Under the pieces are notes generated by a model. It ran no database searches. It was not told the origin of the DNA and saw only the letters and a list, made by a program, of their open reading frames with translations. A stretch of 64,000 nucleotides of DNA from Thermoplasmatales archaeon (GTDB lineage: Archaea; Thermoplasmatota; Thermoplasmata; Thermoplasmatales; Thermoplasmataceae): contig DAIDBH010000018.1 in NCBI GenBank assembly GCA_027310185.1, positions 128,001 to 192,000 of the forward strand, written 5' to 3'. The position numbers were made by a program, and so were the translations under genes. Positions 1 through 10,776 of this stretch are shown here, piece after piece (position 1 is the first letter of the stretch; every line of letters starts with the position of its first letter).

Positions 1-185
1 ATGCTACCCTTGAACAGATAAAGAAGGTCGCACAGGCAAAGAAGGATTCCATGATGGCCAACGATCTTAAGGGTGCAGTGCTTGAGGTTCTGGGAACGGC
101 TTTTTCATCTGGAATAAAGGTGGATGGAAAGGATGCAAGAGATGTCCAGAAATTGATAATTAGCGGAGAAATAAAGATAGAATAA
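1..185 (+). CDS. rpl11: 50S ribosomal protein L11 (uL11), 3' part, truncated by window edge
   Basis: Frame from nt 3 reads ATLEQIKKVAQAKKDSMMANDLKGAVLEVLGTAFSSGIKVDGKD...KIE, TAA at 183-185; directly upstream of rpl1. Confidence 0.93.
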   Translation, partial: ATLEQIKKVAQAKKDSMMANDLKGAVLEVLGTAFSSGIKVDGKDARDVQKLIISGEIKIE

Positions 186-277
186 GGGAAAATATTTAAT
201 TCCACATTTCAATAGGGGATACAGAAGCTATAGTAGAACAAACCCGTTTTACTGCGGCAATGCCTCAGGAGGGAAAT

Positions 278-919
278 ATGTCAATAGAAGAAAAAGTGAA
301 ACAAGCGTTAAAGGAGTCGAAGGAGAGGAAATTTACAGAATCTCTAGATCTTTCAGTTAACCTGAAAGGGGTTGATTTAAGCAACCCAAAAAACAGGATT
401 AACGATGAGATATCACTTCCTAAAGGAAGAGGAAAGGAGATCAAGGTTGCCTTATTCGGGAGTGAAGAGATGAGAGGAAAAGTGAAGGATACAGCCGATT
501 ATGTTTTTGGCGCGGAGGACCTATCCAAATTCGCCGAAGACAAGAAAGGATTCAAGAAAATAGTGAATCAGGCAGATTTCTTCCTTGCGGAAGCAAATCT
601 TATGACAACGATCGGTAGATCACTAGGTCAGGTTCTTGGTCCAAGAGGAAAAATACCCAGAGCCGTACCACCAAGCCAGGACCCCTCAAGTCTTATAGTC
701 TCACTGAAAAAAACAGTTAGAGTGAGAAGCAGGGATAAGAGAACATTCCACGTACCCGTTGGAATGAAGACAATGCCGGAGAAGGATATAGCAGATAATG
801 TGAGAGAAGTCATAAAGAGGATCACTTCCCATCTTGAAAAAGGTTACGGGAACATAGACAGCATATACATAAAAACAACAATGGGTAAAGCTGTAAAGAT
901 AGATGAAGGTGATTTCTGA
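278..919 (+). CDS. rpl1: 50S ribosomal protein L1
   Basis: RKFTESLDL, LGQVLGPRGK and KTTMG motifs; SD GGAGGG precedes ATG 278. Confidence 0.97.
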   Translation: MSIEEKVKQALKESKERKFTESLDLSVNLKGVDLSNPKNRINDEISLPKGRGKEIKVALFGSEEMRGKVKDTADYVFGAEDLSKFAEDKKGFKKIVNQADFFLAEANLMTTIGRSLGQVLGPRGKIPRAVPPSQDPSSLIVSLKKTVRVRSRDKRTFHVPVGMKTMPEKDIADNVREVIKRITSHLEKGYGNIDSIYIKTTMGKAVKIDEGDF

Positions 920-1845
920 TGACAGTTACACCTCAATGGAAAGTTGATCTTGTTGATCATATTGCATCAACAATCTCAGAAAGCCCGGTAACTGCGTTTG
1001 TGAGCATCAAGGGAATAAGGAACAAACAGTTGCAGGGAATAAGAAGGGCACTGAGAGGAGAAGCATCAATAAGAGTGGTAAGAGGGACGCTTCTTGAAAA
1101 AGCTCTTGAAAAGGCAGGAAAGAAAAATATAGATAAACTGAAGGCATTCGTCGGAGGCCAGATCGCACTTGTCACAACAACAGACTCACCTGCAAAGCTG
1201 TACTCAAAACTGGAAAAGAACAGGCAAAAGTCAGCTGCAAGGGGTGGAGAAATTGCTGAAGAGGATATAGTTGTACCAGCCAAGGATACAAACTTTCCTC
1301 CAGGCCCAATGATCAGTGAGTTTCAGAAAGTCGGTTTACAGGCAGCTATCGAGAAGGGAAAAATAGTAATAAAGAAGGAAATGCTCTTTGTCAAGAAAGG
1401 GGACAAGATATCAAAAGAAAAGGCAAAGATACTTGAGAAACTTGAAATTCTTCCTCTTGATGTAGGCCTTGATGTAGTATCTGCATACGAAGATGGCATC
1501 ATATTTGACAGGGAAGCCATGTCCCTGACACCAGAAAAGGTAATGTCTGACATTGCATCTGCTTTCTCGCAGGGTAAGTTCCTTGCAACTGACATAACAT
1601 TCATTGTGAATGAAATAATGCCAGAATTAATAGTGAAGGCAAGAATGCAGGCAGAGTCCCTTGCAATGGCAGCCAATTTCATAGATGAGAACAATATGGC
1701 ATCGTTCATTCTGAAGGCAGCATCGCAGGCTTCGGCACTTCAGAACGAGCTCGAGGGAGAACCCGAGGAAACTAAGGAAGAGACAAAGGAAGAAAAGCCC
1801 AAGGAAGAGGATGGGGCTGCAGGGTTTGGAGCCCTGTTCGGATAA
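919..1845 (+). CDS. rpl10: 50S ribosomal protein L10/P0
   Basis: PQWKV, TNFPPGP and acidic C-terminus ending GFGALFG; TGATG coupling to rpl1. Confidence 0.97.
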   Translation: MTVTPQWKVDLVDHIASTISESPVTAFVSIKGIRNKQLQGIRRALRGEASIRVVRGTLLEKALEKAGKKNIDKLKAFVGGQIALVTTTDSPAKLYSKLEKNRQKSAARGGEIAEEDIVVPAKDTNFPPGPMISEFQKVGLQAAIEKGKIVIKKEMLFVKKGDKISKEKAKILEKLEILPLDVGLDVVSAYEDGIIFDREAMSLTPEKVMSDIASAFSQGKFLATDITFIVNEIMPELIVKARMQAESLAMAANFIDENNMASFILKAASQASALQNELEGEPEETKEETKEEKPKEEDGAAGFGALFG

Positions 1846-1859
1846 AGGAGGTAAAAAGA

Positions 1860-2165
1860 ATGGAATATATATACGGAGCCCTGTTGCTTCATGCAGCAGG
1901 AAAAGAAGTAGATGAGGAAAAACTGAAAAAGGTGCTTGAAGACGCTGGTGTAACACCAGACGAAGCAAGACTGAAATCTTTGGTATCAAGTCTCAAGGAC
2001 GTAAATATTGAAGATGTAATAAAGCATGCAGCAGCTGCACCAGTAGCCGCTGCTCCTGCACAGGCACCTGCAAAGAAAGAGGAGAAGAAGGAAGAAAAGA
2101 AGGAAGAAAAGCCTGAAGCTAATGAAGAAGATGCAATGGCTGGACTGAGTTCATTATTCGGATGA
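1860..2165 (+). CDS. rpl12: 50S ribosomal protein L12/aP1
   Basis: [11 protein letters not shown] start, Ala-rich hinge, acidic tail, GLSSLFG. Confidence 0.97.
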   Translation: MEYIYGALLLHAAGKEVDEEKLKKVLEDAGVTPDEARLKSLVSSLKDVNIEDVIKHAAAAPVAAAPAQAPAKKEEKKEEKKEEKPEANEEDAMAGLSSLFG

Positions 2166-2169
2166 ACAG

Positions 2170-2364
2170 ATGAACTGGAAAGAGTTTATTTCAGGAATTA
2201 TTCTTTATTTCCTTCCCATAGCCATTTTCTTGGTATCTATATTCATAATACCAAATGCGTTGTGGGTTGCGATATCGATAACCTGGATATTCACTTCACT
2301 TTTCTATAAACTTTTGACCCTTCCAGATTCCCAGGAAAGAAGGGAAAGGAACAACTCATTCTAA
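2170..2364 (+). CDS. Small membrane protein (2 TM), unknown function
   Basis: Two hydrophobic segments; 4 nt after the rpl12 stop. Confidence 0.6.
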   Translation: MNWKEFISGIILYFLPIAIFLVSIFIIPNALWVAISITWIFTSLFYKLLTLPDSQERRERNNSF

Positions 2365-2636
2365 CTCTTTTAAATTGATAAGAAGTTATTATTGAATATT
2401 GTTAATTAACGCATTTTATGATTGGATACTGTAACTCACTAATCGTTGAAGTTCTATCGATGATCAAGGTGTTATTTTAAATCATTGCATATGCTGAAGA
2501 CAAAATGCTTCATTTTTTAGGATTTAAACGTCATCATCTTACATCTGATGAATTTCTGTTCATTGGTCACAACCAATAACTGATAGCCCAGGTAAAAAAA
2601 TAAGTAAAATTAAATGAAGTTGATTTAAAAATATGC

Positions 2637-3167
2637 TTAATAGGTCATTTCTGGATTTGGAGGTAGCTGTTTCCTCTTCATGACCAGTCCAACTATTAAT
2701 ACTATGAAGCCTACGAATCCCAGAACTCCTCCAAGCAAAACTGGAAGAAGCGATACGAGTAAAGAGTCAATTGATTTCTTTATCATACTAACTTTTGCCT
2801 GATGGGTACCAAAAGTAATAATGACATACGTACCTGGAGATATACTGGTGTATTCAATTGTAGTTACACCAGAGGTTGTAGAGACCGTCCCATTTACCTC
2901 ATAACTACCAACATTGCTTGAGGTGACTGAGCTTGCATCGCTTCCTGGAACCAGATACGTCTTGCTGTCGTTGGAAGTAAGCACAATGAGCTGGCCAGAT
3001 GAAACCTGAATGCTGGAACTGTCCCACTGGGAAGTTCCTTTTTCTGTAAAAGTTGGAGAAGTTGTAATTCCTGATATTCCAAGGTCTCCTCCTGCATAGA
3101 AAAGGGCAACTCCCACTATAAGTAGAACAAGCCCTATAATGACGATATTTTTACGCATTGAAATCAC
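2637..3167 (-). CDS. Membrane protein, N- and C-terminal TM with Ser/Thr-rich extracellular domain
   Basis: Hydrophobic termini; SD-like AGGTGA at the 5' end. Confidence 0.7.
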   Translation of the reverse strand: MISMRKNIVIIGLVLLIVGVALFYAGGDLGISGITTSPTFTEKGTSQWDSSSIQVSSGQLIVLTSNDSKTYLVPGSDASSVTSSNVGSYEVNGTVSTTSGVTTIEYTSISPGTYVIITFGTHQAKVSMIKKSIDSLLVSLLPVLLGGVLGFVGFIVLIVGLVMKRKQLPPNPEMTY

Positions 3168-3491
3168 CTTACTTATTGAAATTGAGTTAATTAAAATTTG
3201 TGGACACCAATGTATAATTTTCTTTTTAAGATATTAAATAAACGAATTTAGTCTCATTCAATTGAAACAATTCTGAGACAGATTCATAATCAAATAAATT
3301 CAATAACTCACAGGGGGCATTCTCAATCTGAAAGAACATGAATTCCATAGGGATTACAAAAATAAAAATCAGTTCTTAATGACATAAATCAAGCAGATAT
3401 GAAGCCTGACTATCCTTGAATTTCAGTTGAATCTTAACTTATAGTAAGAAGAGAAACCAAAACTAATATTCACGATCATATTACATCAAAT

Positions 3492-4139
3492 GTGACTTTT
3501 AAAATTTTGATCACAGGGTTTGAACCATTTCTTGAATTCACAACTAACCCTTCTGGAAAAATAGCAGAGTATTTTGAAGGAAGAGTTGAAGGCAACATAG
3601 AATATCATGGAGTGATATTGCCAGTAGATTATTCCTCACTCGAATCCATGCTTATCGAGTCAATAGATAAAATCAATCCTGTTCTGGTCATAGGCACAGG
3701 ACTGGCAGCTGGCAGATCTAAAATGTCATTAGAAAAAATAGGAATGAACTATAAATATTCTAAAAGTCCAGACAACAGTGGGAAAACCATGAATGGTGAA
3801 ATTATAGATCCAGGTTTGCCAGCAGGCATATTCTCCATGTTGGATGTTGAGTCGCTGGTAGATGATCTGAACAGCAGGGGAATACCTGCAGAAATGAGTT
3901 TTACTGCCGGGGCTTATCTTTGCAACAATGCTCTTTTCCTCATACTCAGGGAATGCAGGAAGAGAAATATAAAGGGAGGTTTCATTCATCTTCCAATCAA
4001 TACTGAGTACGCAGCTAAATTCAGTAACAAAAATTATCCAAGCCTGCCCATAAGTGTAATGATTGAAGGGGTAAGGCATGTTGTTCAGAATGAAATTATT
4101 CGTGAATCAGCAAAATCGGAGCTACCGGGGGCAAATTAA
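3492..4139 (+). CDS. pcp: Pyrrolidone-carboxylate peptidase (peptidase C15)
   Basis: ILITGFEPF...NPS, catalytic Cys in AGAYLCN, His in GFIHLP. Confidence 0.93.
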   Translation: MTFKILITGFEPFLEFTTNPSGKIAEYFEGRVEGNIEYHGVILPVDYSSLESMLIESIDKINPVLVIGTGLAAGRSKMSLEKIGMNYKYSKSPDNSGKTMNGEIIDPGLPAGIFSMLDVESLVDDLNSRGIPAEMSFTAGAYLCNNALFLILRECRKRNIKGGFIHLPINTEYAAKFSNKNYPSLPISVMIEGVRHVVQNEIIRESAKSELPGAN

Positions 4140-4215
4140 ATTTTAAGTTATTGAAGCTGAACATTAACATATAAGAGTAGGGTTAATTTAATTTCCTCAA
4201 TTGTATGTGGGTATT

Positions 4216-5112
4216 ATGAAGATAGTAGAGTGTGTCCCGAATTTTAGTGAAGGCAGGGATAGGGAGAAGGTAGAAGCAATTACAAGGGAAATTGCCTCTG
4301 TCGGAAATGTTAAAATTCTTGATATGGAAATGGATGCAAACCACAACAGGAGTGTTGTTACTTTTACCTGCGAACCTCAATATGCAGTTGAGGCTGCTTT
4401 CAGGGGAATAAAGAAAGCATCTGAACTAATAGATATGGACAATCATCAGGGTGAACATCCCAGGTTTGGGTCAGCGGATGTCATCCCATTTATTCCAGTG
4501 TCTGAAGTTTCACTTAAGGAATGTGTAGACCTTGCAAACCAGCTTGGAAAGAGAGTAGGAGAGGAGTTGAATATCCCGGTATTTATGTACTCAGATGCTG
4601 CTGTAACAGAGAAGAGAAAGAACCTGGAAAATATAAGACACAAAAACTTCCAGTATGAACAATTAAAGACAGAAATTGGTAAGGGAGATTACATTCCTGA
4701 TTTTGGGCCTCTTGAACTAAGCAAAGCTGGTGCCTCAATTATTGGAGCAAGAGATTTTCTGGTTGCATACAATGTTAATCTAAGATCTCAGGACATGGAG
4801 GCAGGAAAGAAAATTGCAAAGGCTTTGAGGGCTAAGGATGGGGGACTAAGCTTCGTAAAAGCCCTGGCTTTCTATCTTGAAGACAAGAAGTGTGTCCAGA
4901 TATCAATGAACCTTACAAATTATAAGAAAACTCCAGTATACCGGGCATATGAAATGGTAAAGCTTGAAGCATCCAGGTACGGTATTGAGATCATGGAGTC
5001 AGAAGTTATCGGGCTTATACCACTGGATGCCATTTTAGAAACTGGAAGATTCTATATGAGAATGAATAGCTTCAAGTCAAACCAGATATTTGAAAAGAAG
5101 GTGTGGGAATGA
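4216..5112 (+). CDS. ftcD: Glutamate formiminotransferase
   Basis: VECVPNFSEGRD, HNRSV, GEHPRFGSADVIPFIP, VQISMNL. Confidence 0.93.
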   Translation: MKIVECVPNFSEGRDREKVEAITREIASVGNVKILDMEMDANHNRSVVTFTCEPQYAVEAAFRGIKKASELIDMDNHQGEHPRFGSADVIPFIPVSEVSLKECVDLANQLGKRVGEELNIPVFMYSDAAVTEKRKNLENIRHKNFQYEQLKTEIGKGDYIPDFGPLELSKAGASIIGARDFLVAYNVNLRSQDMEAGKKIAKALRAKDGGLSFVKALAFYLEDKKCVQISMNLTNYKKTPVYRAYEMVKLEASRYGIEIMESEVIGLIPLDAILETGRFYMRMNSFKSNQIFEKKVWE

Positions 5113-5741
5113 TCGACCTGAATAATTTCATGAAAGAACTGGAATCATCATCTCCTGCACCAGGTGGGGGATCTGCAGCTGCACTTGTAGGGGCAGTTTC
5201 TGCATCTCTTGGCCTGATGGTTTCACACCTGACGGAGGGAAAGAAGGGATATGAAGCACAGCAGGATGAAATCGGCAGGATAATCAGTGAAATGATTGAG
5301 GTAAAAGCCCTACTAATGAAAGGAATAGAAGATGATACCGAAGCATTCAACGGGATTGCTTCAGCAAGGAAACTTCCAAAATCCAACGAAGAGGAAAGGA
5401 AGATCAGAAAGGAGGCGATGGATATTGCAATGAAGGATGCAATAAGAAGCCCATGGAGGATCGCAATGAACTGCCAGAGAGCAATGAGGCTGAACAGCAG
5501 GTTACTGAAAATAGGAAACAGGAATGCATCGTCGGATGCTGCAGCGGGTCTTATCATGGCTAAGGCTGCTGCTGACTCAGCGCTCCTCAATGTGAGAATA
5601 AACCTGAAGTTCATGAATAAGGACTCCTACAGTGATGAACAGCAACTAAAGGTCAAATTCTTCAATGAAGACTGCGAAACCATTCTTAGGGATTCACTTA
5701 GCACCTTCAACAAGTTGATGGAACCTGAGGGTGGCGCCTGA
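5109..5741 (+). CDS. Formiminotetrahydrofolate cyclodeaminase (FTCD C-terminal domain)
   Basis: SSSPAPGGGSAAA, DTEAF, GNRNASSD, LLNVRINL; ATGA overlap with upstream gene. Confidence 0.9.
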   Translation: MIDLNNFMKELESSSPAPGGGSAAALVGAVSASLGLMVSHLTEGKKGYEAQQDEIGRIISEMIEVKALLMKGIEDDTEAFNGIASARKLPKSNEEERKIRKEAMDIAMKDAIRSPWRIAMNCQRAMRLNSRLLKIGNRNASSDAAAGLIMAKAAADSALLNVRINLKFMNKDSYSDEQQLKVKFFNEDCETILRDSLSTFNKLMEPEGGA

Positions 5742-5742
5742 T

Positions 5743-6969
5743 ATGTCAGAAAACAAACAAATGCCAACAATTGAAGACATACGAGATGCAAGAGAATTCC
5801 TCAGAGGGAAAACAGAGATAACACCCTTGATGTATTCAAAAACATTTTCAGACATGTTCAACGCACCCATATACCTGAAACTTGAGAATTTTCAGAAGAC
5901 GGGGTCGTTCAAATCCAGGGGGGCACTGTTCAAGATAAGCAAGCTTACAGAACAGGAAAAAGGCGCAGGTGTAGTTGCATGCAGTGCAGGGAATCACGCG
6001 CAGGGAGTTGCTTTTGCAGCGAAGGCAAGCGGAATAAGTTCAAAAATAGTAATGCCTTCTTACACAATCAGTGCCAAGATCAACGCAGTGAGGAATTATG
6101 GGGCTGAAATACTTCTTCATGGGGATAGCTATGCGGAATCATACATGGAGGCAAAGAGGATCTCAATGAGTGAAGGCAGAACTTTCATAGATGGATTCAA
6201 TGACAGGTTCATAATCTCAGGACAGGGAACCATTGGGCTGGAAATTATCGAACAGTTGCCGGAAGTTCAGAACGTGATTGTGCCAACGGGTGGAGGAGGG
6301 CTCATATCCGGTATAGCGATGGCAATAAAGGAATCTGGAAAAAATGTCAATATTTATGGAGTACAGAGTGAAAACTGTGATGCAGTAATCCAGAATCTTT
6401 CAGGTGGACCGGTTGTAGGGTCCAGAGGTTTCACAATAGCCGATGGAATCGCTGTCCAGAATCCTGGAGATATGAACATTGATCTGATCAGGAAATACGT
6501 AGATAGTGTAGTCAGCGTCAATGATGAACAGATGGCATACGCACTTTTCAAGTTACTAGAAAGGCAGAAAATAGTTGTGGAAGCATCAGGTGCAGCACCT
6601 ATTGCAGCAGTAATGTCAGGGAAGATAGACCTCAAGGGAAAGCCAACAGTACTGGTAGTTTCCGGAGGGAACATTGATCTTCTTCTTCTTTCAAAGATAA
6701 TATTCAAGAGCATGGAGATAGATCTTGGACTGGTCAGGATTGAGTGCAAGATACCTGACAGGCCAGGAACACTCCAGAGAATTACCTCATCCATATCAGC
6801 GTCAGGGGCAAACATATTTCATGCAGAGGTGGATAACCTTTCCCAGGATACGCCTGTAGGTTATCAGGACATCCGTTTCAGCATAAATGTCAGGGATAAG
6901 GATCACCTGGATATACTTCTTGAAAGATTGAAGGAATCAGGCTATAAATTCGTTGTAAAATCTGATTGA
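5743..6969 (+). CDS. ilvA: Threonine/serine ammonia-lyase with C-terminal ACT domain
   Basis: KLENFQKTGSFKSRGA PLP lysine, SAGNHAQG, GGGGLISG, ACT motif PDRPGTL. Confidence 0.9.
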   Translation: MSENKQMPTIEDIRDAREFLRGKTEITPLMYSKTFSDMFNAPIYLKLENFQKTGSFKSRGALFKISKLTEQEKGAGVVACSAGNHAQGVAFAAKASGISSKIVMPSYTISAKINAVRNYGAEILLHGDSYAESYMEAKRISMSEGRTFIDGFNDRFIISGQGTIGLEIIEQLPEVQNVIVPTGGGGLISGIAMAIKESGKNVNIYGVQSENCDAVIQNLSGGPVVGSRGFTIADGIAVQNPGDMNIDLIRKYVDSVVSVNDEQMAYALFKLLERQKIVVEASGAAPIAAVMSGKIDLKGKPTVLVVSGGNIDLLLLSKIIFKSMEIDLGLVRIECKIPDRPGTLQRITSSISASGANIFHAEVDNLSQDTPVGYQDIRFSINVRDKDHLDILLERLKESGYKFVVKSD

Positions 6970-7071
6970 TATCTTTTTTACCATCTGGACTTCCTTCAAT
7001 CTATTTTCCAGATCTGTAGACCGTATTGAGTATATTTATCATTCTTCATCAGCCTGTGATAAAAATTAAAA

Positions 7072-8160
7072 TCAGAATTTACTGATGACTGTTACGATAT
7101 CCCCATCTGATACGCCGTAATCAAGACCAACTCTCATGTCCCTTATCTTTGCGGATTCACTGGTTATGATAGCATACCTGAAAGATTCGATCATCTCCCT
7201 GCTTATCTTCCTGCATACTTCCCTTATGGTTGCACCCTCTGTAAGCACAAGAGGTCTTTCAAAGTCAATTACGCCTGCCTTATTCCTGAGGAATACTCTT
7301 ACAAGGTTTAATTCCCCATACAGAGCCTCCTTCAATTCATCAATGCCCACCTTCGATGAGGCAGATACTCTCACCACCTTTCCATATCTCTTCATGGCAT
7401 CTATCCTGCTTTCATCGTGAGGCATATCAATTTTATTGATAACAACAAGGGCCGGTATGTAAACAACATTTCCCCTGAAAAAATCAATAAGGTCATCGTC
7501 AGTTATATTCTCTCTTATGTACAGTTCCAGATTTGTCAACTTGAACTCCTTGGCAATTGCCTTGATCCGGTCTTCGTTCAGTTCGAGGCTCCTTGGTTTC
7601 CTGATTTTTATTCCACCCGTATTCATCCGCTTCATGGAGATATTCTTCTTCTTCCTGTTTATAACTATACCTGACTTTCTCAGTTCCTCTATGATCCTGT
7701 CCATGCCCTTGCATTCAACATCAGATATGAGCAGGATAAGATCAACTGCCCTTACCATGCTCAGAACTTCCCTCCCTCTTCCAGATCCAAGGGCAGCGTT
7801 ATCTATGATACCGGGAAGATCAAGTATCTGTATCTGGGTGCCTTTGTATTTCAGCGTTCCAGGGATTACTGTAAGGGTTGTGAATGCAAAATTTCCCACT
7901 TCGCTTTCAGTTCCTGTAATGGCATTTAGGAGGCTGCTTTTTCCAACATTCGGGTATCCCACAAGAGCAACTGATGCATCTCCTGACTTCGGGATGGAAA
8001 ATCCACCTTTTCCACCCGAATGACCAGCTTTTTCAGCGTCAAGCTGAAGCTTTGCCATCTTGGCCTTAAGAAGGCCAATATGTGATTCAGTTGCCTTGTT
8101 GTATTTTGTTTTATGAATCTCTTCTTCTATCTCCCTAATCCTGTCCTCTATAGTGGTCAA
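7072..8160 (-). CDS. DRG/Rbg-family OBG-like GTPase with TGS domain
   Basis: GYPNVGKS, FTT, DLPG, NKID motifs and NKATESH N-terminus; TTG start with SD GAGGAGG. Confidence 0.92.
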   Translation of the reverse strand: MTTIEDRIREIEEEIHKTKYNKATESHIGLLKAKMAKLQLDAEKAGHSGGKGGFSIPKSGDASVALVGYPNVGKSSLLNAITGTESEVGNFAFTTLTVIPGTLKYKGTQIQILDLPGIIDNAALGSGRGREVLSMVRAVDLILLISDVECKGMDRIIEELRKSGIVINRKKKNISMKRMNTGGIKIRKPRSLELNEDRIKAIAKEFKLTNLELYIRENITDDDLIDFFRGNVVYIPALVVINKIDMPHDESRIDAMKRYGKVVRVSASSKVGIDELKEALYGELNLVRVFLRNKAGVIDFERPLVLTEGATIREVCRKISREMIESFRYAIITSESAKIRDMRVGLDYGVSDGDIVTVISKF

Positions 8161-8404
8161 TTATCCTCCTCTTTAAATATCAAATTCCTTACAAACAACA
8201 CTCCTGACTCTTTCATCCTTTTGCAAACATTTCAGCAACTTTCTACTACGATTTCCGTATAATGGTTAATGTATTAATTTATCTTTTTATTGTACAGCAT
8301 TTTTTGCAGCAAATGATCTCATTTGATCTAAAAAGAGAAAGTTTCATAAAGTTAGAAAATTTTTTCAGGGAGACACTCTTTTTCCATTACCTCGGAAATG
8401 ATAA

Positions 8405-9679
8405 TTATTCTTTGATTATTGTGCTCTCCCTTATCTTACCTATGGATATGATCCTTACAGGCTTCCCGCAAAGTTTTTCAATTGTTTCAATGTAATTCTT
8501 CATCTCTGGTGGCACGCTTTTATAGCCGGTTTCAACTATATGCTCTATCTCAGATTCCTTGAGCGACCCCCAGCTATCCATATGAATATACTGCGGTTCT
8601 GCCCTGTCATAGCCCATCAGTACTGTCATTGGGTTTATGACATCTGGCTTATAAGATTTGCATATGGAGATTTCCTTGAAAGTTCCAAGAACATCCAGTT
8701 TAGTAATGGAGAGTTCGTCAACATCGTTGAGTTCAGATGCATATCTTACAAGTGGAATATCGAGCCATCCTACTCTCCTGGGTCTTCCTGTAGTTGTACC
8801 ATATTCTGCACCAGCCTCCCTGAGACGATTAGCATCAGCTCCACTGAGCTCTGTGGGAAATGGTCCCTCTCCAACCCTCGAGGTATAGGATTTTATAACA
8901 CCAATTATCCTGTTTATCTTTCTCAGGGAAACTCCAGAACCCGTGTGAATGGCACCAGATATTGTGTTTGATGATGTAACATAGGGGTATGATCCGAAAT
9001 CAATGTCAAGCATTGTTCCATGGCCTCCCTCAAACACCATCTCCTCATTTTTATTCACGCAGTCAAACAGGAAAGATTCAGTCCTGGTAACATAATCCCT
9101 GATCTGTGGCCAGAAGCCGGCAAGTTCAACAGCGAGCTGGTTGAGTTTTTCCTCCGACTGGTATTCAGTTCCCCTGAGCTCAGATTCCCTCATTCTTGAA
9201 ATGAGGGAAAGTTTCTGCCTCACAATATTAATGTCTTTCAGGTCTCCAATCCTTATACCATTTCTTGAGTATTTTTCCTCATATGTTGGGCCTATTCCAT
9301 GGGAAGTTGTTCCTATCTTGCTCGCCCCACGCATTTCCTCCTGAGATTTGTCCATTGCCTTATGAAGTTTTGTAACAACGTTCGCGGCTGAACTTATGAG
9401 TATTCTCAGTTGAGGATTTTCTGGTAGTATGGTCTTAATCTCTGCAATAAGCGCTTCCGGATCTATTACCATTCCATTCCCAAGAACAATGGTTTTAGAT
9501 CTTAGAGATCCGGCGGGAAGAAGATGAAACTTGAATGTTCCCTTGCTTGTGACAACAGTATGGCCGGCATTTGTACCTCCATTGTATCTTACCATAATTG
9601 AATCCTTTCCGGAAACAAAATCAGTTATCTTACCCTTACCCTCATCACCAAACTGCAATCCAAGTACAAGGCTTCTCAT
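8405..9679 (-). CDS. purA: Adenylosuccinate synthetase
   Basis: GLQFGDEGKGK, NAGHT, GTTTGRPRRVGWLD. Confidence 0.97.
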   Translation of the reverse strand: MRSLVLGLQFGDEGKGKITDFVSGKDSIMVRYNGGTNAGHTVVTSKGTFKFHLLPAGSLRSKTIVLGNGMVIDPEALIAEIKTILPENPQLRILISSAANVVTKLHKAMDKSQEEMRGASKIGTTSHGIGPTYEEKYSRNGIRIGDLKDINIVRQKLSLISRMRESELRGTEYQSEEKLNQLAVELAGFWPQIRDYVTRTESFLFDCVNKNEEMVFEGGHGTMLDIDFGSYPYVTSSNTISGAIHTGSGVSLRKINRIIGVIKSYTSRVGEGPFPTELSGADANRLREAGAEYGTTTGRPRRVGWLDIPLVRYASELNDVDELSITKLDVLGTFKEISICKSYKPDVINPMTVLMGYDRAEPQYIHMDSWGSLKESEIEHIVETGYKSVPPEMKNYIETIEKLCGKPVRIISIGKIRESTIIKE

Positions 9680-9792
9680 AGTTTTTCAATGGAATTTGTT
9701 TCATCTATTAATTACCTTTGCTAAGAATTCATGGAAAAAATTATAGATCATGAAGAATGTGAAAGAAGATCGGGTGACTTTGATTGGGAGAT

Positions 9793-10668
9793 ATGCGGGA
9801 CATTGATTTGATAAAGCTTATAAAGGACAGTTTCCCAGAAATTAAAATAAAAAATACCTTGCACATTGAATATGGATGGAACAACCATGTGGTGATTGTG
9901 AATGATGATCTAGTTTTCAGAATTCCAAGAAACAAAAGGAACGAATCAATCCTGAGAAACGAGTTAAATCTTATTAAAATTCTTAAAAATTGCCCATTCA
10001 GCATTCCAGATTATACTTATCTGAATCATGATGGTATATTCTTTGGGGGATACAGAATGATTCATGGGGACTATCTGAGTAATTCAGTAACACTGGGAAA
10101 TGGCTTGATCAGAGACTTTCTATCCCTCCGATCATTCCTGGAAACAATAGGATCAGATGATCTTGGGAGGACAGGGACACCTGTGTACAATCATGAAGCA
10201 TGGGTCAAGAAGCAGGCGGAAATGATGGAGAAATACAGGCTTTCTCTCAATGATATTATTCCTGGGAAGTTTATTGATGCAGTGGAGGAAAAGTGGTATG
10301 CGGTTTCTGAAGACATGGAAGAGTTAGATATGGGTCTGATTCACGGCGACCTTTACAGGAAGAATGTTATAATATCAGGAAACCACAGAAAGATTAGAGG
10401 CATAATAGACTGGGCAGATTCATCCTACGGAGATCGTGCTCTGGATTATGCTGCATTTGGATATGACTTCACAATGAGGGAAAACATGTCACTGCTTCAG
10501 GCACGTCAGGATCAATTCTCAGAAAGAGCCATGAAGAGAATTGTTTTTTACAGGAATACTGATAGATTCTACCTGGCTCACTATCTTGCAAAAACAGGAA
10601 AAAAGCAGGAGGCAGAAATGGAATGTGGAAATATTGTGAACATATGGAAGCGATATGGCTGGTATTGA
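9793..10668 (+). CDS. Aminoglycoside phosphotransferase/choline kinase-like protein
   Basis: GWNN loop, VFRIP, LIHGDLYRKNV, GIIDWAD. Confidence 0.85.
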   Translation: MRDIDLIKLIKDSFPEIKIKNTLHIEYGWNNHVVIVNDDLVFRIPRNKRNESILRNELNLIKILKNCPFSIPDYTYLNHDGIFFGGYRMIHGDYLSNSVTLGNGLIRDFLSLRSFLETIGSDDLGRTGTPVYNHEAWVKKQAEMMEKYRLSLNDIIPGKFIDAVEEKWYAVSEDMEELDMGLIHGDLYRKNVIISGNHRKIRGIIDWADSSYGDRALDYAAFGYDFTMRENMSLLQARQDQFSERAMKRIVFYRNTDRFYLAHYLAKTGKKQEAEMECGNIVNIWKRYGWY

Positions 10669-10776
10669 TATTAATTCCCGAAACATTAAGTTAGTAACAC
10701 ATCTCAATACTGCAATTTCTTTTTAAAAGAAAAAACCTTTAAAAAAAGCATTTATCTGAAGTGAGCATATGGAACC

